From Flavobacteriales bacterium (lineage in GTDB: Bacteria; Bacteroidota; Bacteroidia; NS11-12g; UBA955): 64,000 nucleotides of DNA. The notes under the pieces were generated by a model that searched no databases, had not been told where the DNA came from, and saw only the letters and a program-made list of their open reading frames with translations. The stretch lies in NCBI GenBank assembly GCA_947463125.1, contig CANHQZ010000004.1, forward strand, positions 22,838-86,837, given 5' to 3'. Of this stretch, positions 25,235 to 34,600 are shown one piece after another. The position numbers and the translations under genes are program-made. Every line of letters starts with the position of its first letter. Positions within the stretch are counted from its first letter, which is position 1.

Positions 25235-28075
25235 ATGAAACCCATTTTAGGCTTGCTGGCGCTGCTCGCATCATACTTACAAGCACAAACCCTCATCCAT
25301 AAAGTAAATCCTTTTATCGGCACGGGCGGACATGGCCACACCTATCCCGGCGCTACCGCACCTTTTGGCATGGTTCAGCTCAGCCCCGATACACGCCTGG
25401 ATGGCTGGGACGGCTGCAGTGGCTACCATTACGATGACAGCATCTGTTACGGTTTTTCACACACGCACCTCAGCGGCACCGGTGTTTCGGATTACGGCGA
25501 TTTGCTGGTGAGGCCAGGTTTAAAACCACTATCCTTCAGTCATAAAAACGAAACCGCCCACCCCGGTCATTATTCCGTACGTTTCAACAACGGCATTTTT
25601 GCCGAAATGACCGCCGGAACCCGAGAAGGCATGCACCACTATCGGTTTCCAGCAGGACAAAAACCGGTTATTGTTATCGATTTGGAGCACCGCGATTTTG
25701 TAACAAATGGCAATATTCAAATAGAGAAAAACCGTGTTACAGGTCACCGCATTAGCAAGGCCTGGGCTGAAGAACAGCACTTTTACTTTGACCTTATACT
25801 TTCGGCAACACCCGATTCGGCGGTGGTGTTGAAGTCGAAAAACGGGCAGAACAGGGCTTTGGCTTTGTATTATTCAGCGGAACATGCCGACATTTACATT
25901 GCGGCTAATATCTCTTTTGCAGGGCCTCCGGCCCAAACCCAAACGCAGGCAGGCCCTCAGACTTTCGATTCCCTTAAAAAACAAACCGAAACCGAATGGG
26001 AAAAGCAGCTGGGCAAGATTATGGTAAAAGGAACACCCGAACAGGAAGCCATCTTTTACACAGCTCTTTATCACACCATGATTGTGCCCAATGTGGTGAG
26101 CGATGCAGACGGGTCTTATCGGGGCATGGATAAAAAGCAACATGCAGGAAAGGGCGATCACTACTCGGTTTTTTCATTGTGGGATACCTACCGCGCTACA
26201 CATCCGCTCTATACGCTCATCGAGGAAAAGCGCACCCGGGATTTTATGAAAACCTTTTTGCGCATGCATCGAGAAAGCGGGCGCCTGCCGGTGTGGGAGC
26301 TGGCTGCCAATGAAACCAACTGCATGATTGGGTACCACGCCGTTTCTGTGATTGCCGATGCCATGGCCAAGGGCATCATGCCCGACAGTGCCGAAGCCTT
26401 GCTGGAAGCCGCAGTTAAAACAGCAGAAAAGCCCGTTTTTGGGCTGGATGATTACATGAAATACGGCTTTCTGAGCATGGAAAATGAGAGCGAATCGGTG
26501 AGCAAAACCCTGGAATATGCCTACGATGACTGGTGCATAGCCCGCATGGCCGAAATGCTGGGTAAGGACAGCCTTGCCAGGGTTTTTTACCGGCGTTCGG
26601 GTTCATGGGTGAATGTGTTTGACCCCAAAACCGGCCACATGCGGCCCCGCAGCTACGGGCGCTGGCTGAGCCCGTTTGAGCCCCGCGAAGTAAACAATCA
26701 CTACACAGAAGCCAACAGCTGGCAATACTCCTTTTCGGTTCCCCACGATTTGCAGGGCTGGCTTGGAACCATGCAAAGCCATGGGCCGCATACGTTGGAA
26801 TATATGCTGGACAGCCTTTTCACAACAACCAGCAAGACCGTGGGCCGAGAACAGGCCGACATTACCGGACTCATCGGGCAGTATGCCCATGGCAACGAAC
26901 CCAGCCACCATATTGCGTATTTATACAACTCGGCCGGAAAACCCCATAAAACCCAGGAAAAAGTGAGGCAGATTTTAGAAACTATGTATCACAATAAACC
27001 CGACGGATTAAGCGGCAACGAAGACTGCGGGCAAATGAGCGCGTGGTTTGTGCTGAGCAGCATGGGTTTTTACCCGGTTTGTCCGGGTGATGACCGCTAC
27101 AGCATTGGATATCCGCTGTTTTCAAAAACAATGTTGCGATTTGAGAACGGCAAACAACTGCAAATCCTAAAAAAAGGGAAAGGCCACTACATCGGTGCGG
27201 TGCGTTTGAATGGTAAGAAGATTGAGCGCAATTTTCTGTATCACCGGGAATTGACCGAAGGCGGCAAGCTGGTTTTTACCATGACTTCTAAACCCACGGA
27301 ATGGGGCACCGGCGATAGAAATGGTTTTTTTACCAACGTGAAGGAAAGCAGCATTGCAGCACCCTTGTTTGATTTCAGGGATATAGCCTTTGAAGACAGC
27401 ATGGCGGTGCATATTAATGCGCGTTTTGGCCGGGACTTAACCGTTCGGTTTATTCAAGACAATCAAGAGAAAAGCCGGATGATTGTGCGTGGAAACGACC
27501 CATATAAAGCAGCCGATACAACCCTCATTTTGAAAGAAAGTGTCTGTCTGGAGGCCTTTCAGCCCGGCGGAGCGATAGCCAAAGCCTGTTTTTTTAAGCG
27601 ACCCAATCACTGGACGGTGAAGGTTTTGAATCCTTTGCATCCGCAATACACGGGCGGTGGAGATCTAGCGCTTTGCAATGGCGTGCGCGGTGATGCGGAA
27701 TGGCAGAAGGGCAACTGGCAGGGCATACAGGGCAAGCCCTATGAAGCGATTATTGACCTGGGTGATACCCAAACCATCACTTCGCTGCATGCCGGTTTTC
27801 TGCAGGACACCCGTAGCTGGATTGTGTATCCACGAAGCGTAAGCTATGCTTTTTCCCTTGACGGACAGCAATGGTATGGTTCCTGCGGCAGCATCAACAA
27901 GATTCCTGTGGACAGCCTGGGATCGCACAAACAAACCATCAGCACCACTACAAAACCCGTTAAAGCGCGTTTCGTGAAAATACTGGCATCGCAGCATGGT
28001 GTATTACCGGAATGGCACCCCGGCGCCGGTGGAGAGACCTTTATTTTTGTAGATGAACTGGAGATTAAACCGTAG
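25235..28075 (+). CDS. GH92 family alpha-mannosidase with a C-terminal F5/8 type C (discoidin) domain
   Basis: Signal peptide MKPILGLLALLASYLQAQ, then VNPFIGTGGHGHTYPGATAPFGMVQLSPDT and GYHYDD...GFSHTHLSGTG, hallmarks of GH92. The last ~150 aa (NWQGIQGKPYEAIIDLG...FVKIL) look like a discoidin CBM. Confidence 0.88.
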   Translation: MKPILGLLALLASYLQAQTLIHKVNPFIGTGGHGHTYPGATAPFGMVQLSPDTRLDGWDGCSGYHYDDSICYGFSHTHLSGTGVSDYGDLLVRPGLKPLSFSHKNETAHPGHYSVRFNNGIFAEMTAGTREGMHHYRFPAGQKPVIVIDLEHRDFVTNGNIQIEKNRVTGHRISKAWAEEQHFYFDLILSATPDSAVVLKSKNGQNRALALYYSAEHADIYIAANISFAGPPAQTQTQAGPQTFDSLKKQTETEWEKQLGKIMVKGTPEQEAIFYTALYHTMIVPNVVSDADGSYRGMDKKQHAGKGDHYSVFSLWDTYRATHPLYTLIEEKRTRDFMKTFLRMHRESGRLPVWELAANETNCMIGYHAVSVIADAMAKGIMPDSAEALLEAAVKTAEKPVFGLDDYMKYGFLSMENESESVSKTLEYAYDDWCIARMAEMLGKDSLARVFYRRSGSWVNVFDPKTGHMRPRSYGRWLSPFEPREVNNHYTEANSWQYSFSVPHDLQGWLGTMQSHGPHTLEYMLDSLFTTTSKTVGREQADITGLIGQYAHGNEPSHHIAYLYNSAGKPHKTQEKVRQILETMYHNKPDGLSGNEDCGQMSAWFVLSSMGFYPVCPGDDRYSIGYPLFSKTMLRFENGKQLQILKKGKGHYIGAVRLNGKKIERNFLYHRELTEGGKLVFTMTSKPTEWGTGDRNGFFTNVKESSIAAPLFDFRDIAFEDSMAVHINARFGRDLTVRFIQDNQEKSRMIVRGNDPYKAADTTLILKESVCLEAFQPGGAIAKACFFKRPNHWTVKVLNPLHPQYTGGGDLALCNGVRGDAEWQKGNWQGIQGKPYEAIIDLGDTQTITSLHAGFLQDTRSWIVYPRSVSYAFSLDGQQWYGSCGSINKIPVDSLGSHKQTISTTTKPVKARFVKILASQHGVLPEWHPGAGGETFIFVDELEIKP

Positions 28076-28363
28076 GTTTATTGGTTTAATTGTTTAATAG
28101 ACATCGTTGCCCGCCTTTGTGCTTAGCAGCACCGCAGCTCCTGACTCTTAACTCCTCACTCTTAACTGAAGTTTATTGGTCTCTTGGTTTAATAGTTTAT
28201 TAGTATTCCTGTAGGTCTTTACACACCGCCTCAACTCTTGACTCTTAACTCCTAACTTTTAACTTAAGTTTAATGGTTTATTAGGCGGTCCCATCCTAAG
28301 AAACGGTCAACGTTATTCAGGCATGGACAAACTCCTGACTCTTAACTCTACACTGTCAACTGT
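28076..28363 (+). repeat. Composite intergenic repeat: three GTTTAWTN octamer arrays interleaved with three CT-rich ~35-nt units (period ~90-100 bp)
   Basis: Octamer arrays lie at 28076-28099, 28171-28210 and 28268-28283. CT-rich units (CTCCTGACTCTTAACTCCTCACTCTTAACTGAA and variants) lie at about 28138, 28228 and 28329. Confidence 0.75.
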
Positions 28364-31300
28364 TTAAAACGCTTTGTTCACCCCCAACACCCACCTAAAT
28401 TTCAGGTGCTCATCTCCCTGCGAAACCGCATTCACAAACAATGGAAAGTCCACACGGATGTTGAGCGGAGCTGAAGCCCTGAACCATGGGTTTTTCTTCG
28501 GACTCAGCTTTTGCCAGTTTTTAATGGTCCACATGGTTCCGATGCCCGCATCGGCCAGCAGGCCTGAGTACACAGGTTTTCCATTCAACGGCATTCCCAT
28601 TACGCCTGCATCGCCAAACAAATAAATGTTGGCTGAAAGCATGCTGATCTTGGGCATAAAGGCAAACAAACGGCTGAAATCCAGTTCGGCATTAACCGAT
28701 GCGCCCCGGTTGCCCCTGAACATCGCCACTATGGTATCCTGTGTTGCTGTAGGCAACAAATAACCCTGCATGCCGCGAATATTGAGTCCGCCGCCCATGG
28801 AAAGCGCTGTACCGATGTTTGACTGATTCATGTTCATATCGGAAAGCGGAATGCTGCCTAGATCGCGGGTGAATTTGTTGTCCTGCAGTTCCTCCGGCGA
28901 GGCGCCCCAGGCGTAAATGGCTGATTCGGCAGGCAGACGTCCGCCTTTGGCAACCGCTGCAAAAACGCGGGTGCGCAAATCCAGTTTGTTGCCCCTGATC
29001 TCGTTTAACCAGGTAACCTTTGCCATGCTGAAACGGGCGTTGCCCCAGGTCAGCGCGTTGCGCAGCGATATATCTATACTGCCATTGCCGTGAACGGTGC
29101 GGTAGGTTTGTTTGCGGCCCAGTGTGATGGTGTTGTTGATGCCGTTGCTCCAGAATCTGTCTTGTGACAGAAAACCGGCCCTCAGGTTCACATCTCCGTA
29201 AGGATACAAGTATTCGAACCTGCGACGCTGCATGTATTTCCAGCCAGCATACCAGGTGCCCTTATAACCATCAATACTCCAGCCGGCTTTGTGCATTTCC
29301 ACACCGGCCAGGTAGCGGCTGTGCAGTGTCAATATGCCTTTACCCCTTAAATCATGTGAATAATTGAAAAGGTAAGAAAGCTTGTCTTGCGGCGAATTGG
29401 TGCGCAAAGACTGATAAACACCTATGCCTGTGCCATACCAGGCGCCCAGTTCGGCCACGTGCCTGCGCATGGCATATTGTCCGTTCCACAAAAAGCCCGG
29501 TTTGATTCCATCTTCGGTATTATACCACAAATCGGGTCTCCACTGCATCTTGTAGCCACCCAGAAAGCTGTTGTCTTTGCCGTTGTCTTTGTCAAATTCC
29601 CAGGAGTTTTTGCGCGGCCAGTAATTATTCATGCGGTTGATATCGGCGAGGCGCAAAGACGGATCCAAATGTGCCGAGCTCACTTTTCCGGGAGGTTTTA
29701 TTTCGAATGTGTAGCTGGGACGCAGTTTGCCCCATCCAATCCAGGGTTTCAGGTTGGTGGTTCCCTGTTTTTGATACTGGCTCACCGGAATGGTGTAATT
29801 GAGCAGGTAGACATCTTTATTGGCATCTTGCCCCATGATTGTCACATCCACGGGCATAACCATATCGCCCTTGCGCTTTACGGTGATGGAATACACGTCT
29901 TTTTTCTTCTTCACTTTCAGCGCATAATCGGCGGCCTTGCGGGTTTCAAACCACTGGTCGAAAAACCAGTTGAGGTCGGTTTTGGCACTCATGGTGATGC
30001 TGTTGCGGAAATCCTCTACATACGGATGGCAGATTTTCCATTGCTTTACATAATCCTTCATGGCTTTCAAAAACACTTCATCGCCCAGCACATACTGCAG
30101 GTTATACAGCATGGTTGCTGTTTTGTAATACACATGGCGGTAGCCACCACCGTGGCCGATGGCGTTTTCAAAATCATCGCTGTGGGTGTTCAGGATGGCA
30201 TCTTCGCCGTCAAGGGCATCAAACATATAGCCGGCATACACGGTACCATAATCCACGCCAATCCCTTTGCGGTTGCTGAGCTGCTTCATGCTCCAGGAGG
30301 TAAGAAACTGTGTGAAACCTTCATCCAGACTGGCGCGGTAAGTTTCGTTGTTGCCCAACATGCCAAAAAACCAGTTGTGGCCCACTTCGTGCGCAATCAG
30401 CCCCTGGTGGCTGGGATACATGCCTCCATCCAGGGTAAGCATGGGATATTCCATACCATCAGCGGCATCGGCCGCCACCATTTTTGGGTATTCATACATG
30501 CCAAAATCTTTGCTGTAAACAGCAATCACGTCGGCGGTGAACTTCGCCGTTTGCTGCCAGCCTGCGGCGTTGTTTTCCTGGGCAAGCGCAATACACTGCA
30601 CGCCGTTCCAGTTTGCTTCGCCAATGCGGTAGGTAGGATCGGCAGTCCAGGCAAAATCATGCACGTTGCGGGCATGGTAACGCCATGGTTTCAGGGTTCC
30701 GTCGGGTGCCACAATCACGGATGGCTGAGAACCCACGGGCTTGTTGGAAAAGTTTTTAATGTCCAGTTTCTGCCTCAAATCACCCGGATACACGGTTTCG
30801 GGGTTTTGCAGGGTGCCGGTGGCCTCGTTGATGTAATGGTTTGGAAGATTCAGCTCTACATCATAGGCGCCAAAATCGCCGTAAAATTCGTGTTCCATGT
30901 GCTGGGCGGTTTCCCAGGTGAATTTGCGGTCGTACACACAAATGCGGGGATACCAGTGCACCCCGTTGAAGTGCTTGTAGCCGTGGTGGTCATACACTTT
31001 CATGCGGCGGCGGATGGTTCCGCGGTCGAAATAGGTTTTGAAACGAATGGTAAACACACAGCTGTCTCCGGAAGCCAAAGGTTTATCCAGCGCGGTTTTC
31101 AGCACAGTGTAATCAACGTTGAAGTCTACCGTTTTTCCGTTTACCTGCAAAGCCAGTATCTCGGTTCCCTTTTTCTCCTTTTCATACGGCCCAAAGGTGT
31201 GGGGCGTTTTGTTTTTGTTGTAAAGCTCATCGACCAGACTTCCCGGCTGAACAGCATTCTGATACAGGTGAAAATACGCCTCATTCAGGGTGTGGGGTGA

Positions 31301-31537
31301 GTTATTGTAATACACCAGTTGCAGTTCGCCATCAATTGTCTCTGCAACATCGTTTAGGTTTGCTTTAATCTGATAATAAACATCCTGCTGCCAGTAACCT
31401 TCGTACGGCTTCTTGTTTTTCCAGTACATAGGGTTATCAGATCTGCGGTAGGTGTTGCCTTTGGCCCAGGGAAGCAGCTGTGCTGAAAGGGGTAAAATCA
31501 AGAGCATCAGCCCCGTTGCGAAGATGGATTTACGCAT
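28364..31537 (-). CDS. M1-family zinc metallopeptidase, paralog of 7094-10066, with a C-terminal Omp85-like putative barrel
   Basis: Signal peptide MRKSIFATGLMLLILPLSAQ, DGMEYPM, HEVGHNWF (30377-30391) and LDEGFTQF. The N-terminus aligns by eye with paralog A (WQQ.V..I...L, Y.NNSP). The C-terminus contains GGGLNIRGMQGY and ends in KFRWVLGVNKAF. Confidence 0.85.
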   Translation of the reverse strand: MRKSIFATGLMLLILPLSAQLLPWAKGNTYRRSDNPMYWKNKKPYEGYWQQDVYYQIKANLNDVAETIDGELQLVYYNNSPHTLNEAYFHLYQNAVQPGSLVDELYNKNKTPHTFGPYEKEKKGTEILALQVNGKTVDFNVDYTVLKTALDKPLASGDSCVFTIRFKTYFDRGTIRRRMKVYDHHGYKHFNGVHWYPRICVYDRKFTWETAQHMEHEFYGDFGAYDVELNLPNHYINEATGTLQNPETVYPGDLRQKLDIKNFSNKPVGSQPSVIVAPDGTLKPWRYHARNVHDFAWTADPTYRIGEANWNGVQCIALAQENNAAGWQQTAKFTADVIAVYSKDFGMYEYPKMVAADAADGMEYPMLTLDGGMYPSHQGLIAHEVGHNWFFGMLGNNETYRASLDEGFTQFLTSWSMKQLSNRKGIGVDYGTVYAGYMFDALDGEDAILNTHSDDFENAIGHGGGYRHVYYKTATMLYNLQYVLGDEVFLKAMKDYVKQWKICHPYVEDFRNSITMSAKTDLNWFFDQWFETRKAADYALKVKKKKDVYSITVKRKGDMVMPVDVTIMGQDANKDVYLLNYTIPVSQYQKQGTTNLKPWIGWGKLRPSYTFEIKPPGKVSSAHLDPSLRLADINRMNNYWPRKNSWEFDKDNGKDNSFLGGYKMQWRPDLWYNTEDGIKPGFLWNGQYAMRRHVAELGAWYGTGIGVYQSLRTNSPQDKLSYLFNYSHDLRGKGILTLHSRYLAGVEMHKAGWSIDGYKGTWYAGWKYMQRRRFEYLYPYGDVNLRAGFLSQDRFWSNGINNTITLGRKQTYRTVHGNGSIDISLRNALTWGNARFSMAKVTWLNEIRGNKLDLRTRVFAAVAKGGRLPAESAIYAWGASPEELQDNKFTRDLGSIPLSDMNMNQSNIGTALSMGGGLNIRGMQGYLLPTATQDTIVAMFRGNRGASVNAELDFSRLFAFMPKISMLSANIYLFGDAGVMGMPLNGKPVYSGLLADAGIGTMWTIKNWQKLSPKKNPWFRASAPLNIRVDFPLFVNAVSQGDEHLKFRWVLGVNKAF

Positions 31538-31583
31538 GGTAGAATGAAAATATTGAAGCAAAAATAGGTTTTAAAGCCAAGGA

Positions 31584-32318
31584 ATGCTGAAATTTGCCCT
31601 GATGCAACTGCGCTGGGAGTACAAAAAGGATGAAAGCACGGCTGTGCGGCGGTTTCGCTGGCAAGAGGCCGGGATAACGCACGAAATGGCTTTCAATGCG
31701 GAGGGTGAAATGGTGTTGCATCTTATCGGGGAATCAAGAAGGTCGGAGGATACAGATATGGGGGCATTTTCAGGCTATGAAATGCGCGCAGACATCCCTT
31801 TTGCCCTGCTGCCCGCAGCTTTTCAGCAGGCGGAGCACCCCACCATCAAAGAGCCTTGTCAAAAAGTTCCTGTCGACGGCGGATATGTTGTTGTTTTCCC
31901 TGCAGGCAGCATCGTTCCGGCAGCACTGCCTCTTTTTACCATTGGCATGCAACAGGCCAAAACAAAAGACCACTGCGTATTGATTCATATAGCCGGAAAG
32001 CAGGTTACGGTGGCCGCATTTTCCGAGCAAAAACCATTGTTGCTAAACACCTTTCCGGCGGGCAACGAAGCCGAAGCGCTCTACTTTGCCATAAGTCCAT
32101 TTAAAAGAGCAGGCATTGCGGTTTCCGATGTGGAAGTAGAAGTGCTCACCGATGCAGACAGACAAGGCCCTTTATTGCAGTTGTTTGGCCGTTTTCTTGC
32201 CCAGGTAAAGCCCTGCTCCGTTTCACTGCCCTATGAAGTGGGCCAATACCCGCCCCACGCCGATATTTCCCTTTTGTTATATACGCTGTCCCGATGCGCA
32301 TTACCGGAGGAATCCTGA
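31584..32318 (+). CDS. DUF3822-like hypothetical protein
   Basis: 244-aa ORF directly upstream of, and overlapping, rsmD. I recall this position and size as typical of DUF3822 in Bacteroidota. Assignment from memory only. Confidence 0.5.
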   Translation: MLKFALMQLRWEYKKDESTAVRRFRWQEAGITHEMAFNAEGEMVLHLIGESRRSEDTDMGAFSGYEMRADIPFALLPAAFQQAEHPTIKEPCQKVPVDGGYVVVFPAGSIVPAALPLFTIGMQQAKTKDHCVLIHIAGKQVTVAAFSEQKPLLLNTFPAGNEAEALYFAISPFKRAGIAVSDVEVEVLTDADRQGPLLQLFGRFLAQVKPCSVSLPYEVGQYPPHADISLLLYTLSRCALPEES

Positions 32319-32815
32319 AAGGACAGATCCTGAAGGGCGGTTTTGCGGCCCATGTGCGGCCCACCACCGATTTTGTGCGGGAGGCGCTCATGAATTATTT
32401 GTCTCATCGCTATGAAATAACCGGTGCAGCGGTACTGGACCTTTTTTCCGGTTCGGGTATTATGGCTATTGAATTTTTGAGCCGTGGGGCCAAAACTGTT
32501 GTATCCGTTGATAAAGACACGAAAAACATTCGTTATCAGCAGGAAATACAGAAACAAAAAAACCTGGATGCCTGGCAAATAACCAAGGGAGATGTATTCA
32601 AAATCCTGGAAGGGGATGAGTCTACATTTGACATCATTTTTGCCGATCCGCCTTATGATTTGCCGTCTTTGGTAAGGTTACCGGAAATGGGCCTGCAGCG
32701 CCTGAACCCGGGTGGCGTTTTTGTGCTTGAACACCGCCCCGGTATGGTTTTTACAACCGAGCCTGCAGAAATTCGTAAATACGGAAGTTCCGCAATTGGC
32801 ATTTTTATCCCGTAA
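32294..32815 (+). CDS. rsmD: 16S rRNA (guanine966-N2)-methyltransferase RsmD
   Basis: MRITGGILKG..., RPTTDFVREALMNYL, VLDLFSGSGIMAIEFLSRGA, IIFADPPY. Confidence 0.85.
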   Translation: MRITGGILKGQILKGGFAAHVRPTTDFVREALMNYLSHRYEITGAAVLDLFSGSGIMAIEFLSRGAKTVVSVDKDTKNIRYQQEIQKQKNLDAWQITKGDVFKILEGDESTFDIIFADPPYDLPSLVRLPEMGLQRLNPGGVFVLEHRPGMVFTTEPAEIRKYGSSAIGIFIP

Positions 32816-32824
32816 CTTTGTTTC

Positions 32825-33286
32825 ATGGAAACCCGCATTGCGGTCTTTGCCGGCACCTTCGATCCCATCACCAACGGACATGTGGATGTTATCCGCCGAA
32901 GCCTGCCGCTGTTCGATAAAATTGTGGTTGCCATTGGCGAAAACACCAAAAAACAAACCCTTTTTGACACCGAAAAACGCCTTTCCTGGATACGGGATAT
33001 CTTTTCGGGCGAACCCAAAATTGTTGCCGCATCCTACAGCGGCCTGACGGTTGACTTCTGCAAAGAAGTGGAAGCACAGTACATTCTGAGGGGTTTGCGC
33101 AACGGCAGCGATTATGATTACGAAGCACACATTGCGCAGCTCAACAAAGAACTTAATCCAATGATTGAAACTATTTTTGTAATTACTTCACCTGAAGTGA
33201 GTTATATTTCCAGCAGCCTGGTCAGGGATTTGATAATTTACAAGGGAGATTACACGCGTTTTGTGCCTGCACAGGTCAGGGCCTGA
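32825..33286 (+). CDS. coaD: Pantetheine-phosphate adenylyltransferase
   Basis: IAVFAGTFDPITNGHVDVIRRS (T/HxGH motif) and ISSSLVRD. 153 aa. Confidence 0.95.
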   Translation: METRIAVFAGTFDPITNGHVDVIRRSLPLFDKIVVAIGENTKKQTLFDTEKRLSWIRDIFSGEPKIVAASYSGLTVDFCKEVEAQYILRGLRNGSDYDYEAHIAQLNKELNPMIETIFVITSPEVSYISSSLVRDLIIYKGDYTRFVPAQVRA

Positions 33287-33288
33287 CC

Positions 33289-33939
33289 TTACTCTTCGGT
33301 TTTTACTGCGGCTTCGTGAGCCAGCAACTTTCCGATGATGTCTTTTACACTGTGGTAGGTTTCAAACTCAGGGCCTTTAAACCACTCCAGATCTGCCCAT
33401 TTTACCTCTGAGATGCCTTCTTCCTCCTGGGGTTTCAGTTTGCCTTTGCCGCTGCTGTTCATTTTGTACCAGTGGGTTTCTTTCAAAAGAACAACGTCAT
33501 CTTCGAAATAGGCGTGGTAGGTTTCACCTATTTTATCGCTGATGTTGAGCATATTCAGCCCGGTTTCCTCCATCACCTCCCTCAGCGCCGCAGCACGCTG
33601 GTCCTCATGGCGTTCGATTTTGCCCTTGGGAAGATCCCAAATGCCGTTTCGCTTAATGGTAAGCAACTGATTTTCCTTGTTCAGCACCAGTCCACCTGCC
33701 GCCTGAATTACAGTGTAGTTGTCGAGAAAGTCTCGGAAAATTTGCTCGGGCTCGGGATTTATCAGTCCGTAATTGAGCGCTTTTCCGGTACTTACCGATG
33801 ATGTGAGAATATTAAAACTCTTGTGAATTTCATCATCGTCTATATAAAACAAGTTGGGCAGACCTTTGAACGCAGCAGGAGAATCGGCAATGACTATTGC
33901 GCCATCGTTGAAGTATATTTTATAGCTTTGCAGGCCCAT
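33289..33939 (-). CDS. NUDIX hydrolase
   Basis: Nudix box GKIERHEDQRAAALREVMEETGL in the C-terminal half. The only in-frame ATG near the 5' end is at 33939. Confidence 0.85.
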   Translation of the reverse strand: MGLQSYKIYFNDGAIVIADSPAAFKGLPNLFYIDDDEIHKSFNILTSSVSTGKALNYGLINPEPEQIFRDFLDNYTVIQAAGGLVLNKENQLLTIKRNGIWDLPKGKIERHEDQRAAALREVMEETGLNMLNISDKIGETYHAYFEDDVVLLKETHWYKMNSSGKGKLKPQEEEGISEVKWADLEWFKGPEFETYHSVKDIIGKLLAHEAAVKTEE

Positions 33940-34570
33940 GGACCAAAGAGCTGCAAAGTTAGCAAAATTTCTTTTGGAAATTCACGCTGTTAAACTCAAT
34001 CCCGACCAACCTTTTACCTGGACTTCGGGAATTCAATCACCCATTTATTGCGATAACCGCATGGTTTTGTCGTTTCCGGAGGTTCGCAACCTGGTAAAAA
34101 ACGAACTGGCGGCCATGACAAGGGAACATTTCCCGGAGGCAACCCTTCTGGCCGGCATTGCCACCGCAGGTATTGCGCATGGTGCATTGGCAGCAGATGT
34201 GCTGAATATGCCGTATTGCTATGTTCGTCCCGAGCCCAAAAAACACGGCCTGAAAAACCAGATTGAAGGCAAAATGCAGCCCGGAGACAAAGTGGTGTTA
34301 ATCGAAGATCTTATCAGCACGGGCAAAAGCAGCCTGCAGGCCGCTGATGCCGTTCGTGAAGCCGGCGGCGAAGTCGTGGGCTTGCTGGCGCTTTTTACCT
34401 ACGGTTTTCCCGATGCAGCGCAGCGCTTCGAAGAGGCAGGAATTCCGTTTTTCACCATCAGCAACTTTCCCACCTTGTGTGAGGTAGCTGTAAATGAAGG
34501 TTTTTTACCCGCCGACAAGCTTAGTCCGGTACTTGATTTTGCCAAAGATCCCCGGGGCTGGCAAGGTTAA
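33938..34570 (+). CDS. pyrE: Orotate phosphoribosyltransferase
   Basis: PFTWTSGIQSPIYCDNR and the PRPP-binding loop VVLIEDLISTGKSS. Confidence 0.93.
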   Translation: MDQRAAKLAKFLLEIHAVKLNPDQPFTWTSGIQSPIYCDNRMVLSFPEVRNLVKNELAAMTREHFPEATLLAGIATAGIAHGALAADVLNMPYCYVRPEPKKHGLKNQIEGKMQPGDKVVLIEDLISTGKSSLQAADAVREAGGEVVGLLALFTYGFPDAAQRFEEAGIPFFTISNFPTLCEVAVNEGFLPADKLSPVLDFAKDPRGWQG

Positions 34571-34600
34571 AACAGGCAGCACTGTTTTCTATCCTGCAAA

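Noticed and set aside
28076-28363. Possible CRISPR array, because of regularly spaced repeats.
   Set aside because: There are only three irregular copies, the repeats are degenerate and AT/CT-rich, there are no unique spacers of constant length, and no cas genes lie in the window.
29387-31300. A 637-aa ORF on the plus strand, the longest unexplained ORF in the track.
   Set aside because: It is exactly codon-aligned antisense to the M1 peptidase gene, which has an unmistakable HEVGHNWF core. It stays open only because the sense gene lacks TTA, CTA and TCA codons. The product is His/Val/Gly/Phe-rich with no motif. It is a shadow ORF.
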